Below, in pieces: positions 26,318 to 40,023 of a DNA stretch of 64,000 nt (the stretch's first letter is position 1; each line of letters starts with the position of its first letter). Origin of the DNA: Monocercomonoides exilis PA203 (Eukaryota > Protista > Preaxostyla). Below the pieces are notes generated by a model. That model saw only the letters and a list, made by a program, of their open reading frames with translations. It did no database searches and was not told where the DNA came from. A program made the translations under genes and the position numbers. The stretch is taken from the NCBI GenBank assembly GCA_001643675.2, contig LSRY02000026.1, positions 434,001-498,000 on the forward strand. Reading direction: 5' to 3'.

Positions 26318-28348
26318 GGGTGATTTTTTTATCCGGACATAATTTTTATTTTTTGATAAAAAAATAAATATTTTTTAAAAATAGCATGTTGAAATTTTCG
26401 AAAAAAATGCAACAATCAATAGTAAATATAATCCATAAATTCTCTTTTTATTATTTTTCTGTTATTTATTCGTTCATTATCATCTTCTAAATCATCATCT
26501 TTTAAAATATGGGATTTGGATATTTTTCTTTTTTTTCGGCTTGTCTTCAGAAAACAAATCTTTTTCAATTTTTTCTTCAGCAGAATCATCAATATTCTTC
26601 TCCTCTTTCTTCTTTTTGTATTCTTTCCATTCATCTAAAAATGCTTGGTCAGAAATATTTTTTCCATGGAAATTGAAACGATTGGATTTTTTTTTGTTGA
26701 ACAGAAGAAGTTTTGATGACTTCATTAATACAGAATTGGATAGTCCAAACAGCACGCTGCTCTTTTCAAATGCAGAGTGAATTGTTGAAGGAAGCAATGC
26801 AGTTTGCAAAGCCTGTGGCAGGGCATATGCAACTGCTTTTCGTCTGAGTGTAATCGAAGAAGAAGAAGGAACAACATAATTGGAATTGAAACACTTTCAA
26901 AATACAGCACAAACTCCGCCATCAAGTGGCTGTGTGAGATGAGTGCTGTGTGGAATAAATGTAACTATGTCAATTGATTCATCTGCAAATTTTTGCTACA
27001 GATCTGGCTGTGCTCTTGAAGGATGAGAATCCAAGAGAAGCAAGCATCTATCTTCGTTTTTGTCACGAAATTATTTTCTTAGAATAATTCATAGCAGCTA
27101 TATCTCTTCATCATGAGAGCAAATAATGTGTCAGTCATCCATCCATCATTGTCTGCTCTGGCGTGAAGCTGCGGGCTGAGCAAGACCTTCATTTCTTGTG
27201 GAAGTTTTTTAGATGGCCAAAGAACAAGGCTTGGTAAAGAATAACCATCAGCTGCAACTGCAACCACAAGAGTGGAGTTTGGCATGTTGCTTGGTGTTTT
27301 GGAAAACCTGACTGGAACATCTGAAGGATGAATGACAGGATTTTTTGTGGAATTGGAAAGACGGAAAGAGGATTCGTTGGTGTTGAAGATGAGTGAAGTG
27401 GAGTATTTGTGAGTGTCATGAAGTGATCGAAGAAGAGAGAAGAAAGGTTGAAGAGACTGCTTATTGGATACAGATAAACGTTGAATATCAACGTTATGAG
27501 GAATGGATGTTTTAAGATCGGGATTGCGTTTGACAAACGAATAAGGAGTTGATTTTGAAATTTTAACTTCTTGATCTTCTTCTTCTCCATGTAGAAATTT
27601 TCTGTCAGTTAGCACAGACTCCATCTTTAATTTTAATTAATAATAAATATAGATAAGAAAAAAAAACAAAAATACAAACCAATCATTTTGTTTGAGTTAA
27701 AGAATAACTTCCTCCTGTCATGCTTTCTATTCTGATGACTCCTGTAATCACTTCTTTATCTTCTTTAGTGAACAGCTCTGGTCGACCAACTTTTCCCACG
27801 GTTCTACCTTTTTCAACGGCAGTTATGGCTCGGTTTATCGATGAACGAGAGAATTCATTTAGATTCGTATCATCAGCAATGTTAGATTTTTCATCTGAAA
27901 AAATTGTTGCCTTGTTTTCTTGTCGATTTTTTATATGATGATTTTGTAAAGATTTCATCAAGTCTCTCAATTTCGTTAATCCAATTTCTTTTCTTTGTTT
28001 CACTACGCTCATACAAATATAATATTGATTATGATCTTGTTTTTATTTTTTTAAAAAAAATTTATTCTGAAATGAAAAAAATCAAAAAAAAATTCTTTTT
28101 CGATCAAATTCTAACTTAGTCAACCCCGTTGCTATTACCTAATCTCCTCATGGGAGGCACAAATCAGAGATGGAAAAGCTGTCCTCCTTCCACTTCCCAT
28201 CTCCCCTCCGTCAGAGATTATGGATGGTAATTTAATCTTAATTTCGAACTGTTGACTTTTTGTAATATACTAAAAACAATCAATTTAATATGAAATATGG
28301 GATGATTAAACTATTTATAAAAAAAATATCCGGATAAAAAAACCACCC
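26318..28348 (-). mobile_element. pogo/Tigger-like (DDE_1) DNA transposon with both TIRs; transposase pseudogenized
   Basis: TIRs GGGTG(A/G)TTTTTTTATCCGGA at both ends with TA flanks (26316-17, 28349-50). Minus-strand motifs: HTH-like SRSSINRAI..GRP, LIFNTNESS (NxDES with D>N), GWMT, CLLLLDSHPSR and IPHSTHLTQPLD. Probable GT-AG intron ~27625-27679. Confidence 0.88.
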
Positions 28349-29816
28349 TAAATCATTCGTTAAATGATAACTATCGTTTTTTCTTGTTCAACAGCGTTCA
28401 CAAAAATGAGCTACTAACTTAGTTGAATCAATTACCTTTCCAAATTGATAACTCTGATGAAATTAGTTATTGTGAAATATTGGCTTATTCTGAATTACAT
28501 GTTAATGCGACTTATCATATACTTTTTCTGGAATGAATAATCAATGAAGGTTTGAAATTTTTTATAACTTTACAAAATACAATTTATTGAAATGTAAAAT
28601 TTTTTTTTCAAAGATTTTGTGTCAAAATTTTATTAAGTATTTAATTGTGAAAAAAATCAACCATTTTATAAAGGATAACTTTATTATTGAATCAAATCAA
28701 AACATAAAGCAACAATTGAGCATAAAGTTGAATCATTAAAAATGAAGTCAATCAGACCTTTCGAAAAAAAAACAACCAACAACAAGTAAACAAGAAAGAT
28801 GAGAGTAAAATTGAAAGATATTGATGAAATAGGTTTCCACAAAAATAATGGATATATCCATTTTTTTAAATAAAGATACAACGAATGATGAACAGAGAGG
28901 TTGTCTTCAATATCATTAGTTCTTTTTCACATTCTAAAACACAAGCAGAATTTATTTCAAATGAAAATTCGATGAAAAGCCGGAAGAACAAAAAATAAAG
29001 ACAATCAAAATAAGAAAAAGAAAGAAAGAAAAGAAGGAACGGAAAGAAATGAAAAGTCATCTGAATTCGAAGCAGAACCCATTCAGCAGCGAAGGATCAA
29101 TGGCACAAAAAGAAGTATTCTCTTTAAATCTCATTATAAACAGAAAAGATAGAAGTGTTATAAATACGCCTGAATATGAATCATTTACTTGCATATACAA
29201 ATATTACTGGAAATAGATACAATGAAGCATTAATGGATATTCAATTGCTCAGCAGAAGAAAGTGAGAATATTAATCTCTTCGAGTATTTAATATGTTCTT
29301 TAATCAAAAACGGTTATTGTTCCATTTTATTCACCAGTATTTTTTCTTTTTTTTTTTGTGTCTCTTTTTTTCAACAAACTGTTGTTGTCAAAATTTCCCC
29401 CCTTCTTTTCCTTCCATCTGAATGAGAAGTTGAAAGTTGATAGCCTTATATATATTGAAGCAGCGATGGAACAATCAGTGGAAGAAAGTGCAATTCAATT
29501 GATGGAAAGTGAAAGGACAGACCCAAGCAATGAAGATAATTATTAAAGAAATTGAAATGACATTTGAAGAAAAAATACTGGCAGCTGTCGAAAGAATATC
29601 TCAGAGTCGATTGAGTGAACACAATATTCAAAATCCACCAATTCTGTGGATTACACAAAGCTCACTTCTTCATTCAGTTCAATTTGATATGTTTGCTCAA
29701 CAACGTTCAACTCAACCCAATGCCCTTCTGTTTGTTCATTTTATCGTTCTCATTCTCATTCTCCTCTGCTTTCCTATTCGGATTCTAATAAAATGTCACT
29801 CCCGGATTCTGATGTC

Positions 29817-29817
<1 letters not shown>

Positions 29818-29847
<30 letters not shown>

Positions 29848-29856
29848 CTTCTTCTT
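29818..29856 (+). repeat. (CTT)n microsatellite
   Basis: Directly visible, about 13 units. Confidence 0.9.
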
Positions 29857-30759
29857 CCTTTTCTTTTTCTCATCAAAGCCGTCCTTCTTCATATTTTTAT
29901 ACCATCTGGGTAAATTAAACTTTCACCCAGTCAACAATTATTTCACTCCAGAATGCATCACACCTTCCACTCCTTGTTCATCCTCTTTACACTCAACCTC
30001 TTCCTCTAACTCTTCAATATATCCTCACTTCTTTTATTCCACCTCATCGTTTCTCTCCTCTCTCCATTATTCCTAAAAAATGGACAAACAGATTGTTGAC
30101 TTTTACAGATATCTTGAATCCTTCAGCTTTAGAACTTCGCTTTCACCTCAAGTCATGACGAAAAACACTTCTTCCGTTTCAGCTGATCCCACATTATTAT
30201 CTTCTCTCTTTTGCTCCTGTTTAATGCCTTTGCCTATACAAAAACTGAGAAATTAAATTACGGTGGATTGTGGTTTATTTTGTGTTTTTATCACCTCGGC
30301 CTCCTCCTTCACAAGTCTCAGCCTTCCAATTTAAAGAGCCTCCAAAACCAGAAATGGGCATAGGTCTAAATTGTACCAGTAGCAAATTTGACGTTTATAT
30401 TCAAATTTTCAATATATTATTAATAAACTTAATTATTTAACTCTATATTATCGAAAAAATCAAAGAAATATTACTATGAAAAACAAAAACAAAAAATGTT
30501 GATCAGTCCCATATAAATATTTTTAATTTTTTGTTTTTTTGTTTTTGAAGTATAAGAGCAATATTTTGAATGTTAACTTTTGTCTTAGCCTTGAAATATT
30601 CTTTTGGCATGACCACTAATCAAAAAGAATGGATAAGTTTATGCTTTGTTTTCTTTTTTTTAATATATACATTCTGCGCATTTTGACAAGAAAGAATTGA
30701 AAAAAACATTTTTTTATCAAAACAATTTGAATAGCATTTCCATTTTATTTGAGAAAAAT

Positions 30760-31630
30760 TCATTCACAAACCTTCATTGTTCTCCATCTTGCGATGTGGT
30801 TGTTCCAATATGAGTTTAGATTGTTGAAGACATCAAATCAACCTTTATCCCCCCTCCATTTCCATTCGCACACTTACACCCTTCAATTGTTGTATTCCAC
30901 ACCACAAATGCTTCTCCTCCCTTCACGCTTTTTTGCCATCACAACGCCATCTCCACCTGTCCATTTCACATTTCGAATTGTCAAATTCCCCAGTAAACTT
31001 TCTCCTGACAACTATTCTGCTGATGATGGATCGGCTAACAGAGGCTGTGATATTTTCATGTTTTCTATCTAAACATCATCCATCTTCAGCTGCCTCAATG
31101 CAACTTCAAATACAGGTGCTGTTATAACACTTCCTCCAATTGCTCCTGAGAGCACCACATCCTCCAGAAAAAGAGCCCAGCTCCCCACAGATATCACAAG
31201 CACACTCGGCGATGAGATCCATCCTGCATTGTGATCCATTCCATTTCCTCCTGTTTCATCAGCAATCACCTTTCTTCTCATTGAACACAAATTCACAAAC
31301 AGTGCAATTTCATCTCCTTCATTCCCGTTTTCATTCCCATTCTTCTTCAGCACATACGATGGAATTGTCAGTGGAGTGAAAAAATTCCAATGAGTTTGCA
31401 TTCACTTTTGATCTAAACAACATGTCATTGTCATCCGATTAAAAACATATTTCAAAAAAATAATATTCAACTGTTATATATCTTCCTAAACTTTATTCTA
31501 TCTTCAATTCTCCTCCTTCGTTGCTTATCTTTGACTTTCACCCTTCAATCCAGCTTCCATTCATCGCCATCCCTTCTCTTGCACTCCATCCTAACAGTTC
31601 TATCTCTCCTTCTCCTACTGCTTCACCACA
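30760..31630 (-). pseudogene. Heavily deleted and rearranged relic of family B
   Basis: Recognisable pieces: EGDEIALFVNLCSM..DH (cf. EGEVIPLFVYLCSI..DQ), SPSVLVISVGSWALFLEDVV (cf. SPSVAVVSDGGGSLSLEDVV), and a GDGVVMAK...EGEAFV-like stretch. Confidence 0.7.
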
Positions 31631-32479
31631 ATTATCGTATCCCTCATATATGTCATTTATCAAATAAACTTGAAAAACAAATAATTTCTCATTTAAACAA
31701 TTCTTTTTTAATGGAAATAAATAAATAAATAAATAAATAAACTTTTTTTAGTGCATTAATTTTATTTCTAAACATCGAGATATTTTGTGTGATTATTGTT
31801 TATTTTTGCATGATTTATTCATTAATGGATGTTTTGATCGAGTCTAATATAAAAATACATTAATGTATCAAAGGAAAAGAAAATATTTTAGAAAAAAGCA
31901 AATAAATTCATAATTTTATTTGAAGAAACATATAATACCTTTTGGATTTTATTGTTAATTAATTTGAAATTTTTATCTTTCAGCTGAAAAATATTCAAGT
32001 GGAAAAGAACATGTTAATCTTTTTGAAAAATAAGAGCTGTTTTCAAAATAAAACAAGTGCTCATATAATAAAATACTTAAATGAACATATAAAAGTGAAC
32101 GAATTACAAACTTTTAGGTTCAAGTTAAACCAAAACAGCATATTCTAAATTTTCAAAAAAAAATAAATTTAATTGTGGGCTTGATAAAAGATATTTAATA
32201 AAATGTTTTATTTATGATCATTGTTGTTAATGATGAATATATTCGGATTATGCCATAAAATAAATTTATACTATCATAAATACACTTTGGATGTCCAAAA
32301 ATCACATTTTCTTTAAAATTTGAATATTTTTTTATGAAATTTATGTTTTTATGGGTCATTTTTCAAAAATCATTTTTTTCAACAAAAAAATTTTTTCGAA
32401 AAATCGGTCCATAAAAAGTTTTTAATTAATTGTTAACTATCTATTTATCATAATAATAATGAATAAAAACGCAATATGC

Positions 32480-33682
32480 AAAAGGAGCGCATTTAGACCT
32501 GTGCCGTTCATTTATTGAAATACGTTTGAGGAAACAAAACTTTATGAAATAACATCTATTATAACTATATGCAGTTATGAAAAACCAATTTATTTTGAAA
32601 TCTGAGAATGATTGATAAAGTAATAAGTGAATCAATTTTTTCATGCTTTGTGCATAAAAAGCTTGAAAGTCCATATTTCCCCACATATCTTTGCTTTTTA
32701 ACGATAATGACATAACTTTCTGTACTTTTATACAGAGAATTGAAAAAAGGATGTATTTGAAAGAAATCAAAGAGATCGTCCTGTATCATCAGGAATTACA
32801 ATCTGTCTCGACTTGCTTGTTAATCGTCTTGGCAGTTCTTGCTTAAAAGATTTTTCACCATCAAAAGTCTTGAAGGAGTGATTGTTAATGAACTGCATTT
32901 TGCAAAAGAAGCATATAGAGAGTTGGAAGACTTGTTGAAAAGCGTGGATTGGAAGAAGAAAAAAAGAGAAAATGAACAAAGAAGAAGCGAAAAAAGAATT
33001 AGCATTGATGAGATATGTCGAAACATTCGCGATTAATTTTTCCAGTTGTCGATTGAAGAATGAAGAATATGTTTACCTTTTTAGCAGAATTGTTCAGGAG
33101 TATCGTGCAGCAAAAGGGAATAATGAAGAAATTAGTGACAAGTGCATTTATTTTTTTAAAAAGAGCAGCAGGTAAATTTCATGTGAAAATTGATGCCTTG
33201 CTGAAAAGTATTGTCTTTGATGCTGCTTTGGAGGAGATTTATCTACCAATATTGAATAGAGGAATGTCATATGGGACGATATTTTTTGCTTTATGAATTT
33301 TGTTCCATTCTGCACTTACAAATATTTTTATCATTTTTAAAAAAAAACTTTTTTTTTTTGATATGGGAATGAAAGACTTATCGTGATTAGTTTGTGGAAA
33401 AAGTTTGGAACAAATTGTCGTATTTTTTTATAAATGTAAGAATTTTGCCCCATATGAACTCTTGGGATTTTTTCATTTGATGAAAAGAAAACGAATGAAA
33501 AGAAGAGAGATGAAATGGAAGAAGAAAAAAGAATCGAGTTGAAAAGAAAGATATTTGAACAAATAGAAGAAGAAGGATATGAAGGCACAATCACATGCTT
33601 TCATGAAATATTTGATTATCTCTATAAAATATATTATTATAGATTGTCATTTAATATTTCTGATTATTTTGTAAATCCTTAA
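32480..33682 (+). pseudogene. Family C (acidic helical-repeat protein) pseudogene, paralog of 53950..55391
   Basis: Motifs YLKEIKEIVLYHQE..NLSRLA, LEGVIVNELHFAKEAYRELEDLLKSVDWKKK and IFEQIEEEGYEGTITCFHE...ISDYFVNP*. Multiple stops and frameshifts, plus an AT-rich insert at ~33300-33465. Confidence 0.8.
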
Positions 33683-33865
33683 GAAAATGAAATTCATTAT
33701 GCATTACGACTCGAAATTTCAATTCTTTTCATTTTTTCTTTTTGTATCATAACCTTGACAAACAAACTCCTGTTTGGAGCTTTTCTTTACTTTTTGATTG
33801 ATTGATAATTTTTATTGGATTGGCTGAATAATGATCAGCTTTTGATGAAAATATTCGAGTAAATG

Positions 33866-36800
33866 TAAGCCTCTGCGACCGACCGACATTTTTTGGACAA
33901 CTCGACAAATCGACCGACAATTCATATGAGTTTAATTTTTAAGTAATAAAAAAAGTATTAATTTTTATTTTCATATTTTTTCAGAAAAAAACGAAATAGA
34001 ATTTTAATCTTTGTTTTTTTCGAATAATATTAATAAATTTATATAAATTTGATAAATCAAAAATTTTCCTTTTTTTCAAAAATTCTTATTTTTATAATGG
34101 GTTATCGACTGATCTTTGTCGAGATCAGTCGAACGACAAAGATCAGTCGTTTGACAAAGATCAGTCGAGTTGTAAGATATAAATGAAAAATTATGATTTT
34201 TTAACAATTGTTTATAATTTTTTATTTTAAGACTTTCACTCACTTAAAGATTTCACTTTTTTTCATTTTTGAATCATTCCAACTTTGATTTCTTATTTTA
34301 TTGTTCAATGATTTGGTGATATTTTATTTCAAATGTTTCATTGCTCAAACAAGGCGTTTTGATTATTATTTGTATAAGGAAATGGAGTTGAGCGTATTTC
34401 AAACAATTCTCTTTTATCGTTTTGGTTTTGATTTTTAATACAAATTTGATCATCGTTTCTAAAATGACATTTGATTGTTGTAGTAATTCTATGAAATGAT
34501 AAAGTGGTTATTTGTTTTCTATTATTGTTACTAATAATTGTAAAAATCTTTTGTTAAAAGATAAAATTTGCACAAAAATATATGATGCGATTTTTTTTCT
34601 ATAACATGAAACGGTGATAACATATAAGTGAAGGAATATCATTTTCTAAACAAAAAAAGTGAATGATACGAAGTTCAGATAATTTCGTATTATCCAGAGA
34701 ATGAAATGCTGCTCAATTGGAGTGAATTTGTGAGATGGCATGAATATTTGGTAATTACAATGGTGATGAAGGAGCAGATGGAGCTGCATGCGAAGCCGAA
34801 GAGGACAGTAGAAAAGAAGGTTGCTGAAATGAAAAAATAGTCTGATGGAGTTAAGAGCATCGCATTTTTCGGAAAGAAATTGTTTGAAAAAAGAGAGAAG
34901 GCGAAAGGGGGAAGAATGAGAATGAGAAGAAGAGGAAGAAGAAGTTGTTGTTGTTGTTGTTGAAGAAGATGATAATGAAGAGATGGTGTGGTGTTTGAGC
35001 TAATATTCCTGAAGAGGACTCGATGAAAGAATAGGAGTGGAAGTGATTTCTGGGAAGACAAAAGAGTTTTGCTTTCCATTTGCCGAAGAAGAAGAAGAAG
35101 AAGAAGAAGAAAAAGAAGAAGAAGAAGAAGAAGACGAAACAGAAGCTGTTTGAGGGAAGAAGAGAGATTCGAAGTATTTGTGATATTCGTCTGTGAGTGG
35201 AATAATCTCGTCTTCCACTTCGTATTCTGCTGCCATTCCCATTGGATCTTCAAACAGCTTTTCGTATTCGTCTGAAATGTCATTCGTTTCATTCAATTGA
35301 ATGCTCATTCCTGTTTCATTTCTCATCCCCATCTCCTATCTTCTCTGTGAACTGCATGTTTTCATTATTCGTATGGCTGTAATATCGACAAACATCGTCT
35401 CTTAGGTTGTGTTCGCAATTGGCACCTCAAAAAAGACAGGAGAGCCGAAAGAAGAGAAGATCGCACGGGTGGAGGAGAAGTGGTGGAGGTTGAGGCGCTG
35501 AAGAAGACGCCTTTTGGACTGAAAAATAAGAAATAAAAAGAAATTTAAATAAATAAAATAAAAATTAGAATGAAATATTCTTCTTTTAAAAAAACAAACT
35601 TCTTCTCTTTCCTTTCTGCTGACAATCGATTCTTCTGTCTGCTTCTTCACCATTCCTCTCATCTCCACTCCATTTCGATCCATTTGTGTTGCTCTGCCAA
35701 CAGTTCCTGCTGACATTCCCAGCAATTCCTGCTTCTTTCTGTTCTTCTCCTTCTCCTTCTCTTCTCTTCTTCTCATGTCAAACATGAAATCTTCTCCAAC
35801 TACACCGTTTTGCCCGTCTGTTGCCTCAATCGAAGACAGATGATGATTTCTCTTCAGAAGAATTCATCCTTTTGCTGATGTTGTTGAGAGAGAAGGAGGT
35901 TTGATGATTAATTGTGAAATGGTTGATTGCTCAGAAGAGAAAAAAGAGGAAGGAATGGAAGAAGAAGAAGAAGATGATGATGACGATGAAGATAAAAATA
36001 AAGGAGCAGAAGAAGAGGTGGAGAAAGAGGAGGAAGAAGAAGAAATGATGCTTGTTGGTTTGTCTCCTCTGAGCATCATTTCATTCAAAACGATGTTTTG
36101 ACATAAAATTGAATCATTTGCTGATAGATGAGCGGATTTTGCTGTTCCGCTTTGCATTCTCCCTCTTGTTTGTTCTCTTTCTCTTTGAGAGATAGAAAGA
36201 GAATGAGAAAGAGGACGAGAAGAAGCAGAAACGAAAGAAGAGGAAAAGGAGGAAGAAGAAGGCAGAGCTGAAAGATTTGGAGTGAAAACAGTTCTTTTGT
36301 GTGAGACAGACAAAGAAAGAGTGCCCAAATTGAGTGAAAAAAGCGCTTTTGAATGGGAAAGGAAATGAAAAGAGAGGAAAAATGTGATGAGGAAAGGAGA
36401 AGGTGTGGAGTCGGATGCAAAATGAGAAGAAGTTGAAGAAGAAGAAGTGACAGTGGAGACAAAATTTGTGTTGTCTGATGAAGGGAAAGGTAGAGGAGGC
36501 TGATGAGAAGAGGCAGAGGGGATGACAAGAGGAGCATAGATTGAAAAAGAGAGGGTTTTGGAGGCTGTTCCTTAATAAAATGAAGAGTAATATATAAATT
36601 GAAGGAAAGGGAGAGAGAGAGAGAAAAATAAAGATAGTAATAATGAATGTAACAATTATTCAAACAATGAAAGAGAGAAAGAAAGAAATATATAAAAAGA
36701 AATTTATAATCAAACCATTGGTGATTCCTGTGAGTGCCGAGAGCGGCAGAAAAGCGTGTTCGAAGAGCTGTTGCGTCTGCTCGTCCCAAATATCAATTTG

Positions 36801-39551
36801 AAGATGGCGTTCCTTCAACGTCTCAAACAAAGTGGAAGAGGAAGAAGGAGAAGAAGGATGAGGCTGGCTTTGCAGGCGGAAAGGGAAGAGGCAGAGGAAG
36901 TCGGAGACGGAAAAGGAGGAAGGAAGAGGAGATATGGAAGAAGAGGAGAGAGAAGATGAAGAGAAAGAAGAGAAAGAAGAAGAAGAAGAAGAAGAAGAAG
37001 AGAAGGAGGAGGAATCAGAAGATGAAGTGAAGAGCGAAACAGGATCAGGAAACGAAAACAGGAGTTGAAGTGGAACCGAAACAGAAATTGAAAGAGGATT
37101 GTTCTGATACGACGTGATGTGATAAGTCAGCTGGTTGGCATTCTCCAACTTGAATAACTCTTCTTCCTCGTCTTCTTCTCCATCTCTCTCTTCATTCTGC
37201 CCTCTTTCCACAATCCCCATCTCCTTCCTTCTCCTCCTCTCCATCTCTCTCTCCCTCTTCTTTCTCTGAATCGCACTCTTTTTCCTCTCCACTTCTGTCT
37301 CCACATAGCCAGGCGGTGTGTAACAGCGAGGCAGCACAATCATCTGGAAGGAGAAGAAAGGCCTTCTTGGCATCTCCACCAGATGAGAAGAAGAAAGCTC
37401 ATTTAAAACCAACGGAGAATCACTCAATTCATTCACAAGGGGTGTCATTTCTGCTGTTTGAGACGGCTGAATAGGCTGTTGTGGCTGCTCTTGTGATGCC
37501 AGAATGCTTATCAACGTCTTTTCATTCGGCCATTTTTGAGTGAAAGACAAGAAAGTGAAGGTGAATTCGCTGCAGAGGTGGTCTTCTGGCTCGTCAGTTC
37601 GGGTGCTTCTGAGAAGAACTTTGGGAAGAGGGGCGATGGGAACAAGGGGAAGCTGCGGAAGAGGTGGAGGGACAATGTGGATGGGATCGGTGGAGGGAGG
37701 TGGCTGGATATGAAATGAGGAAATGAAATTAAAAAAAGAAAAGAACAGAAAAAAGAAAATATATTGAAAGGAAAATAAGTTATTATAATGAATATTATTG
37801 ATAACAAAGCAAACCTCTCTCACATCTCTTTTCACCTGCATTGCTGGTATGTGCTTTGGTGATAGTGGAACGGGTGTCTCATCCTCAGACTCACTCTCTG
37901 TTTCTGGCTGTTCTTCATCTTTTGTTCTTTTCGTTGCTCTTCTCACAAATAGAAAAGGAGTCTTCACCCAAACAGGAAGAAGAAGAAACTGGCTTTCCGG
38001 CAGCACCAGTTCGAAATAGACGAGCGTTGGGAAGAATTGAGCGGAAGATTTTGGCTCAGGTATTTCGATGGGAGTGGGGTAGTGATATTCTGGCGGGAGA
38101 GGGTCAGGAGGAGGTGGGTCGTCTTCCTTCATGAAGAGGGCGGTGGAGGGAGTTAACACAGAAAAGGGGAATATGGCTTCATCAGCTGTGAATGGGATGG
38201 GAGAAGACAAAGCAGTTTTTGAAGGGTTTTTCGATTTCTCTGCGTTTGGGTCGTATTCTTTGAGAGACAACCATGGAATGTCTGAACTTGTCAGCAGCAG
38301 TTTTGTGGAAGAGGAAGTCGAAGCATTCAGACTCTCTTTTTTCGGCTTGATTATCTTCGGAGGAGGAGTTTGAATACCACTTTTGGAGGCTCCGTGGGTA
38401 GAATCAAAGATGAATTGGTGGGGAATACCTGAGATGTTAAGAGGAGATTATTCATAAAGATTAATAGAAAATAAATAGAAGGAAAATAAACAGAATACAA
38501 TTATTAAATGAAATGAACAATAATAATGATAAGATAAAATAGCTTCAAACCATCAGAATAATATCCAAGAATTGGCTTTGTATTCAACGTCAGTTTGGCT
38601 TCTTTCTTCTTCCAATTCCATTGCTTTTGAGCAGATGAAGCTTTTCTTTCATCTCCATCGTCATCTTCTTCTTCTTCTTCACTTCCACCTCCATCTTTTC
38701 TTCTCTTTTTCTTCTCTTCAGAACTAAACGCTGAATCCAATGAAGAAGAAGAAGAAGAAGAAGAAGAAGTTGGATCATAATTTGCAGGCGGATTGAGAAG
38801 AGGGCATTTAAAAGTGATTAATGATTGCAACTGCTTCATTCGCTTGTCTGTTGAAGCATCTGGCAATGATGTGCTGCTTGAAGAAGAAGAAGAAGAAGAA
38901 AAGGAAGGAGAAGAAGAAAAGGAAGGAGAAGAAAAAGAAGGAGAAGAAAAGAAAGAGAAGGAGGAGAAAGAGAAAGTTAATGCATTTGTGATATGAAAGA
39001 CAGAGTTGTAGAGTGTAATGTGAGATGCTGTGATGAAGTTGTATGAAATGGAAATTGAGTGTCAATTGAAGATGGCTGTGTTGTAGCGGGCAGAAGCAAA
39101 GGAACTGGTGAAATGGAAGAGGAAGAGGAGGAAGAAGAAGAAGAATAGAAAAATGCTTATGAATGAGTTACTTTTTCTTCGAGCATTTTAAATAACAACG
39201 TTAAAATTATGACTTTTAATCAAATCCACATCAGCAACAAAGATATCAAAAAAAATTCCATACAAAACCATTGCATTTTATATAATATAACAATCTTTTT
39301 GATTCCTTCCATCTATCTTCTCCAGTTTTTTCATAAATTTCTTATTTGTTTTCAAAATACAAAATATATTATTATTATGGATATAAAAAAAAAAAGAAAA
39401 AAGAAAAAAGAAAAACAGTGAAGTTGAGGAAAGTTAGATATATTCATGAATTGTCAAATTAGGGAATAAACAATTATTTCAATTTTTTCGACAAATGAAT
39501 AATTTCTCGACCTACAAATTGTTCTCAAAAAATATGTGTCGCAGAGGCCTA
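33866..39551. mobile_element. Candidate non-autonomous TIR element (Pack-type) enclosing a host gene fragment
   Basis: TAAGCCTCTGCGAC (33866-79) versus the reverse complement of GTCGCAGAGGCCTA (39538-51): 13/14 match. Subterminal CGAC/CGACAA clusters at both ends and GATCAGTCG x3 at 34122-34167. No transposase inside. TSD not convincing. Confidence 0.6.
35000..39150 (-). pseudogene. NPHP4: Intron-containing partial nephrocystin-4 (NPHP4)-like gene
   Basis: Ordered motifs matching NPHP4 as I recall it: EPEDHLCSEFTFTFLSF, MPRRPFFSFQMIVLPRCYTP, LFETLKERHLQIDIWDEQTQQLFEHAFLPLSAL and STRAIFSSFGSPVFFEVPIANTT. AT-rich GT-AG introns near 38430-38545, 37707-37813, 36572-36720 and 35520-35597. In-frame stop at 35402-04; the C-terminal Ig-like region is missing. 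Confidence 0.6.
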
Positions 39552-40023
39552 ATTAATTTTTTGATTTCAATGGATGATATAAATTTTCGTTGTTCATAAT
39601 TTGACACCATTGAAAAAAGAACTTTTTGAAAAAATTTATCATTAATTTTAATGTTACTGTTTTTAAAATTTCGATTTTAACTTTTGTTGTGACATTTTAT
39701 ATTCACATATAAATTATTTATTTGAAATAATATTTAAATTGTGATAGAGATGCAAATTTTTTATATTAAATATGGGTGATTTTTTTTGAAAAAGAAAATA
39801 TGAAATTCACTTTCTTCTCTTCGATCTGAGAGTATCACTTAAGGGTCAGTCACCCAAGCGAATCTGGTTTAAAAAAGTGAAGTGTGGAAAATGCGCGTGA
39901 AAATACAAATTGCGCTTGAAGAGAAAAAGGTGAAATGGGTTTCAAAATGGGTTTTGGGTTGGTATTGCATCTGGAACCTGTTTAAAGCTTTCTTCATAGG
40001 GTGGGAGTGAAAACGCGGTGGGT

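Noticed and set aside
28166-28183. 17-bp match GAGATGGAAAAGCTGTC shared with ~4422-4438
   Set aside because: A single short match with no flanking homology; cannot be distinguished from chance or tiny filler capture.
29400-30360. Possible gag-like or host gene remnant
   Set aside because: Coding-like texture but no recognisable motif; left unannotated.
34100-34170. GATCAGTCG repeats as a CRISPR-like array
   Set aside because: Only three short units with ~10-bp near-identical gaps, in a eukaryotic context with no cas genes. Better explained as transposon subterminal repeats.
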